Source: Eledone cirrhosa (Eukaryota). From it: a stretch of DNA of 64,000 nucleotides. This document shows, in pieces, positions 57,601 to 64,000 of this stretch. The stretch is from positions 26,226,001 to 26,290,000 of the forward strand of contig OZ024747.1 in the NCBI GenBank assembly GCA_964016885.1, in the 5' to 3' direction. Made by a program: the position numbers and the translations under genes. Every line of letters begins with the position of its first letter. The stretch's first letter is position 1. Below the pieces are notes generated by a model that made no database searches, was not told the origin of the DNA, and saw only the letters and a list, made by a program, of their open reading frames with translations.

Positions 57601-60600
57601 TATTACAACTACAACAACAACTATTATTACATCTACAACAACTAGTATTACAACTATAACAACAACTAGTATTACAACTACAACAACAGCTAATATTACA
57701 ACTACAACAACAACTAGTATAACAACTACAACAACAACTAGTATTACAACTACAACAACAACTAGTATTACAACTACAACAACAACTAGTATTACAACTA
57801 CAACAACAACTAGTATTACAACTATAATAACAACTACTATTACAACTACAACAACAACTAGTATTACAACTACAACAACAACTAGTACTACAACTATAAC
57901 AACAACTACTATTACAACTACAACAACAACTAGTATTACAACTACAACAACAACTAGTATTACAACTACAACAACAACTAGTATTACAACTACAACAACA
58001 ACTAGTATTACAACTACAACAACAACTAGCATTACAACTACGACAACAACTAGTATTACAACTACAACAACAACTAGTATTACAACTACAACAACAACTA
58101 GTATTACAACTATAATAACAACTACTATTACAACTACAACAACAACTAGTATTACAACTACAACAACAACTAGTATTACAACTATAACAACAACTACTAT
58201 TACAACTACAGCAACAACTAGTATTACAACTATAACAACAACTAGTATTACAACTACAACAACAACTAGTATTACAACTACAACATCAACTAGTATTACA
58301 ACTACAACAACAACTAGTATTACAACTACAAAAACAACTACTATTACAACTATAACAACAACTACTATTGCAACTACAACAACAACTAGTATTACAACTA
58401 CAACAACAACTAGTATTACAACTACAACAACAACTAGTATTACAACTACATCAACAACTACTATTACAACTACAACAACAACTACTATTACAATTATAAC
58501 AACAACTACTATTACAACTATAACAACAACTAGTATTACAACTACAACAACAACTAGTATTACAACTACAACAACAACTGGTATTACAATTATAACAACA
58601 GCTACTATTACAACTACAACAGCAACTAGTATTACAACTACAACAACAACTAGTATTACAACTACAACAACAACTACTATTACAACTATAACAACAACTA
58701 CTATTACAACTACAACAACAACTAGTATTACAACTACAACAACAACTAATATTACAACTACAACAACAACTAGTATTACAACTACAACAACAACTAGTAT
58801 TACAACTACAACAACAACTACTATTACAACTATAACAACAACTAGTATTACAACTACAACAACAACTAGTATTACAACTACAACAGCAACTAGTATTACA
58901 ACTACAACAACAAATAGTATTACAACTACAACAACAACTACTATTACAACTACAACAACAACTACTATTACAACTACAACAGCAACTACTGTTACAACTA
59001 CAACAACAACTAGTATTACAACTACATCAACAACTAGTATTACAACTACAACAGCAACTAGTATTACAACTACAACAACAACTACTATTACAACTACAAC
59101 AACAACTAGTATTACAACGACAACAACAACTACTATTACAACTATAACAACAACTACTATTACAACTACAACAACAACTATTATTACAACTACAACAACA
59201 ACTAGTATTACAACTACAACAACAACTAGTATTACAACTACAACAACTACTACTATTACAACTACAACAACTACTATTACAACTATAACAACAACTACTA
59301 TTACAACTATAACAACAACTAGTATTACAACTAGAACAACAACTACAACTACAACAACAACAGCAACTAGTATTACAACTACAACAACAACTAGTATTAG
59401 AACTACAACAACAACTAGTATTACAACTACAACAACAACTAGTATTACAACTACAACAACAACTACTATTACAACTACAACAACAACTACTATTACAACT
59501 ATAAGAACAACTACTATTACAACTATAACAACAACTACTATTACAACTATAACAACAACTAGTATTACAACTACAACAACAACTAGTATTACAACTACAA
59601 CAGCAACTAGTATTACAACTACAACAACAACTAGTATTACAACTACAACGACAACTAGTATTACAACTACAACAACTACTAGTATTACAACTACAACAAC
59701 AACTAATATTACAACTACAACAACAACTAGTATTACAACTACAACAACTACTATTATTACAACTACAACAACAACTAGTATTACAACTACAACAACAACT
59801 AGTATTACAACTACAACAACAACTAATATTACAACTACAACAACTACTAGTATTACAACTACAACAGCAACTAATATTACAACTACAACAACTACTAGTA
59901 TTACAACTACAACAACAACTAGTATTACAACTACAACAGCAACTAGTATTACAACTACAACAACAACTAATATTACAACTACAACAACTACTAGTATTAC
60001 AACTACAACAGCAACTAGTATTACAACTACAACAACAACTAGTATTACAACTACAACAACAACTAGTATTACAACTACAGCAACAACTAGTATTACAACT
60101 AGAACAACAACTAGTATTACAACTACAACAACAACTACTATTACAACTATAACAACAACTACTATTACAACTACAACAACAACTAGTATTACAACTACAA
60201 CAACAACTAGTATTACAACTACAACAACAACTAGTACTACAACTACAACAACAACTAGTATTACAACTATAACAACAACTAGTATTACAACTACAACAAC
60301 AACTAGTATTACAACTACAACAACAACTACTATTACAACTACAACAACAACTAGTATTACAACTACAACAACAACTAGTATTACAACTACAACAAAAACT
60401 AGTATTACAACTACAACAACAACTAGTATTACAACTACAACAACAACTACTATTACAACTGCAACAACAACTAGTATTACAACTACAACAACAACTAGTA
60501 TTACAACTACAACAACAACTAGTATTACAACTACAGCAACAACTAGTATTACAACTATAACAACAACTACAACTATAACAACAACTACAACTACAACAAC

Positions 60601-63600
60601 AACAGCAACTAGTATTACAACTATAACAACAACTACTATTACAACTACAACAACAACTAGTATTACAACTACAACAACAACTACTATTACAACTACAACA
60701 ACAACTAGTATTACAACTACAACAACAACTAGTATAACAACTATAACAACAACTAGTATTACAACTACAACAACTACTAGTATTACAACTACAACAACAA
60801 CTAGTATTACAACTACAACAACAACTAGTATTACAACTACAACAACAACTAATATTACAACTACAACAACAACTAGTATTACAACTACAACAACTACTAG
60901 TATTACAACTACAACAACAACTAGTATTACAACTACAACAACAACTAGTATTACAACTACAACAACAACTAATATTACAACTACAACAACTACTAGTATT
61001 ACAACTACAACAACAACTAATATTACAACTTCAACAACTACTAGTATTACAACTACAACAACAACTAGTATTGCAACTACAACAGCAACTAGTATTACAT
61101 CTACAACAACAACTAATATTACAACTACAACAACTACTAGTATTACAACTACAACAGCAACTAGTATTACAACTACAACAACAACTAGTATTACAACTAC
61201 AACAACAACTAGTATTACAACTACAGCAACAACTAGTATTACAACTACAACAACAACTAGTATTACAACTACAACAACAACTACTATTACAACTATAACA
61301 AGAACTACTATTACAACTACAACAACAACTAGTATTACAACTACAACAGTAACTAGTATTACAACTACAACAACAACTAGTATTACAACTACAACAACAA
61401 CTAGTATTACAACTACAACAACAACTAGTATTACAACTACAACAACAACTAGTATTACAATTATAACAACAACTAGTATTACAACTACAACAACAACTAG
61501 TATTACAACTACAACAACAACTAGTATTACAACTACAACAACAACTAGTATTACAACTACAACAGCAACTATTATTACAACTACAACAGCAGCTAGTATT
61601 ACAACTACAATAACAACTAGTATTACAACTATAACAACAACTACAACTACAACAACAACAGCAAATAGTATTACAACTATAACAACAACTACTATTACAA
61701 CTACAACAACAACTAGTATTACAACTACAACAACAACTACTATTACAACTACAACAACAACTAGTATTACAACTACAACAACAACTAGTATAACAACTAT
61801 AACAACAACTAGTATTACAACTACAACAACAACTACTATTACAACTACAACAACAACTAGTATTACAACTACAACAACAACTAGTATTACAACTACAACA
61901 ACAACTAGTATTACAACTGCAACAACAACTAGTATTACAACTACAACAACAACTAGTATAACAACTATAACAACAACTAGTATTACAACTATAACATCAA
62001 CTAGTATTACAACAACAACAACAACTAGTATTACAACTACAACAGCAACTAGTATTACAACTACAACAACAACTAGTATTACAACTATAACAACAACTAG
62101 TATTACAACTACAACAGCAACTAATATTACAACTACAACAACAACTACTATTACAACTGCAACAACAACTAGTATTACAACTACAACAACAACTACTATT
62201 ACAACTACAACAACAAAGAGTATTACAACTACAACAACAACTACTATTAAAAATACAACAACAACTAGTATTACAACTACAACAACTAGTATTACAACTA
62301 TAACAACAACTAGTATTACAACTATAACAACAACTAGTATTACAACTATAACAACAACTAGTATTACAACTACAACAACTAGTATTACAACCATAACAAC
62401 AACTAGTATTACAACTACAACAACAACTAGTATTACAACTACAACAACAACTAGTATTACAACTATAACAACAACTAGTATTACAACTATAACAACAACT
62501 AGTATTACAACTATAACAACAACTACTATTACAACTACAACAACAACTAGTATTACAACTATAACAACAACTAGTATTACAACTACAACAACAACTAGTA
62601 TTACAACTACAACAACAACTAGTATTATAACTATAACAACAACTAGTATTACAACTACAACAACAACTAGTATTACAACTACAAAAACAACTAGTATTAC
62701 AACTACAACAACAACTAGTATTACAATTACAACAACAAGTACTATTACAACTACAACAACAACTGGTATTACAACTACAACAACAAGTACTATTACAACT
62801 ACAACAACAACTAGTATTACAACTACAACAACAACTAGTATTACAACTACAACAACTACTACTATTACAACTACAACAACTACTATTACAACTATAACAA
62901 CAACTACTATTACAACTATAACAACAACTAGTATTACAACTAGAACAACAACTACAACTACAACAACAACAGCAACTAGTATTACAACTACAACAACAAC
63001 TAGTATTACAACTACAACAACAACTAGTATTACAACTACAACAACAACTAGTATTACAACTACAACAACAACTAGTATTACAACTACAACAACAACTACT
63101 ATTACAACTACAACAACAACTACTATTACAACTATAAGAACAACTACTATTACAGCTATAACAACAACTAGTATTACAACTATAACAACAACTAGTATTA
63201 CAACTACAACAGCAACTAGTATTACAACTACAACAACAACTAGTATTACAACTACAACAACAACTAGTATTACAACTACAACAACTACTAGTATTACAAC
63301 TACAACAACAACTAATATTACAGCTACAACAACAACTAGTATTACAACTACAACAACTACTAGTATTACAACTACAACAACAACTAGTATTACAACTACA
63401 ACAACAACTAGTATTACAACTACAACAACAACTAATATTACAACTACAACAACTACTAGTATTACAACTACAACAGCAACTAGTATTACAACTACAACAA
63501 CAACTAGTATTACAACTACAACAACAACTAGTATTACAACTACAGCAACAACTAGTATTACAACTACAACAACAACTAGTATTACAACTACAACAACAAC

Positions 63601-64000
63601 TAATATTACAACTATAACAACAACTACTATTACAACTACAACAACAACTAGTATTACAACTACAACAACAACTAGTATTACAACTACAACAACAACTAGT
63701 ATTACAACTATAACAACAACTAGTATTACAACTACAACAACAACTAGTATTACAACTACAACAACAACTAGTATTACAATTATAACAACAACTAGTATTA
63801 CAACTACAACAACAACTAGTATTACAACTACAACAACAACTAGTATTACAACTACAACAACAACTAGTATTACAACTACAACAGCAACTATTATTACAAC
63901 TACAACAGCAGCTAGTATTACAACTACAATAACAACTAGTATTACAACTATAACAACAACTACAACTACAACAACAACAGCAACTAGTATTACAACTATA
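36690..64000. repeat. Satellite array, 24-bp monomer ATTACAACTACAACAACAACTA(G/C)T with higher-order structure; runs off window end
   Basis: 8-codon period (ITTTTTTS / ILVVVVVV); near-identical ORFs 37564-39963 and 40389-42788 offset by 2825 bp. Confidence 0.98.

Noticed and set aside
37564-62394. 799-2459 aa poly-Val/Cys ORFs on the minus strand
   Set aside because: Antisense reading of the 24-bp satellite; frame switches coincide with 1-bp indels.
36690-64000. CRISPR-like or telomeric array
   Set aside because: No unique spacers, eukaryotic context, and no TTAGGG-type unit.

Overview
AT-rich, microsatellite-dense eukaryotic DNA; the SINE and microsatellite landscape resembles an octopus/cephalopod genome (inference). 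Most ORF-track entries are microsatellite translations. Main contents: (1) a spliced + strand gene (coding exons 6117-6147, 33732-33996, 35700-35910; 507 nt, 168 aa) for a secreted 11-cysteine cystine-knot protein of bursicon/Norrin type with a dibasic-flanked C-terminal tail; (2) its 27.6 kb first coding intron, holding a Penelope-like retroelement (RT + GIY-YIG, inverted 3' copy, hammerhead in the pseudo-LTR), about a dozen hammerhead ribozyme motifs from several short element families mostly beside (TA)n tracts and often in fold-back pairs, an RTE-like piece with a candidate HDV-like 5' ribozyme (a second copy lies upstream of the gene), a mariner relic, MITEs and many tRNA-derived SINEs; (3) a >27 kb satellite of a 24-bp monomer (36.7 kb to window end) with a 2825-bp higher-order repeat. 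All structures were read by eye; none was computed or searched.
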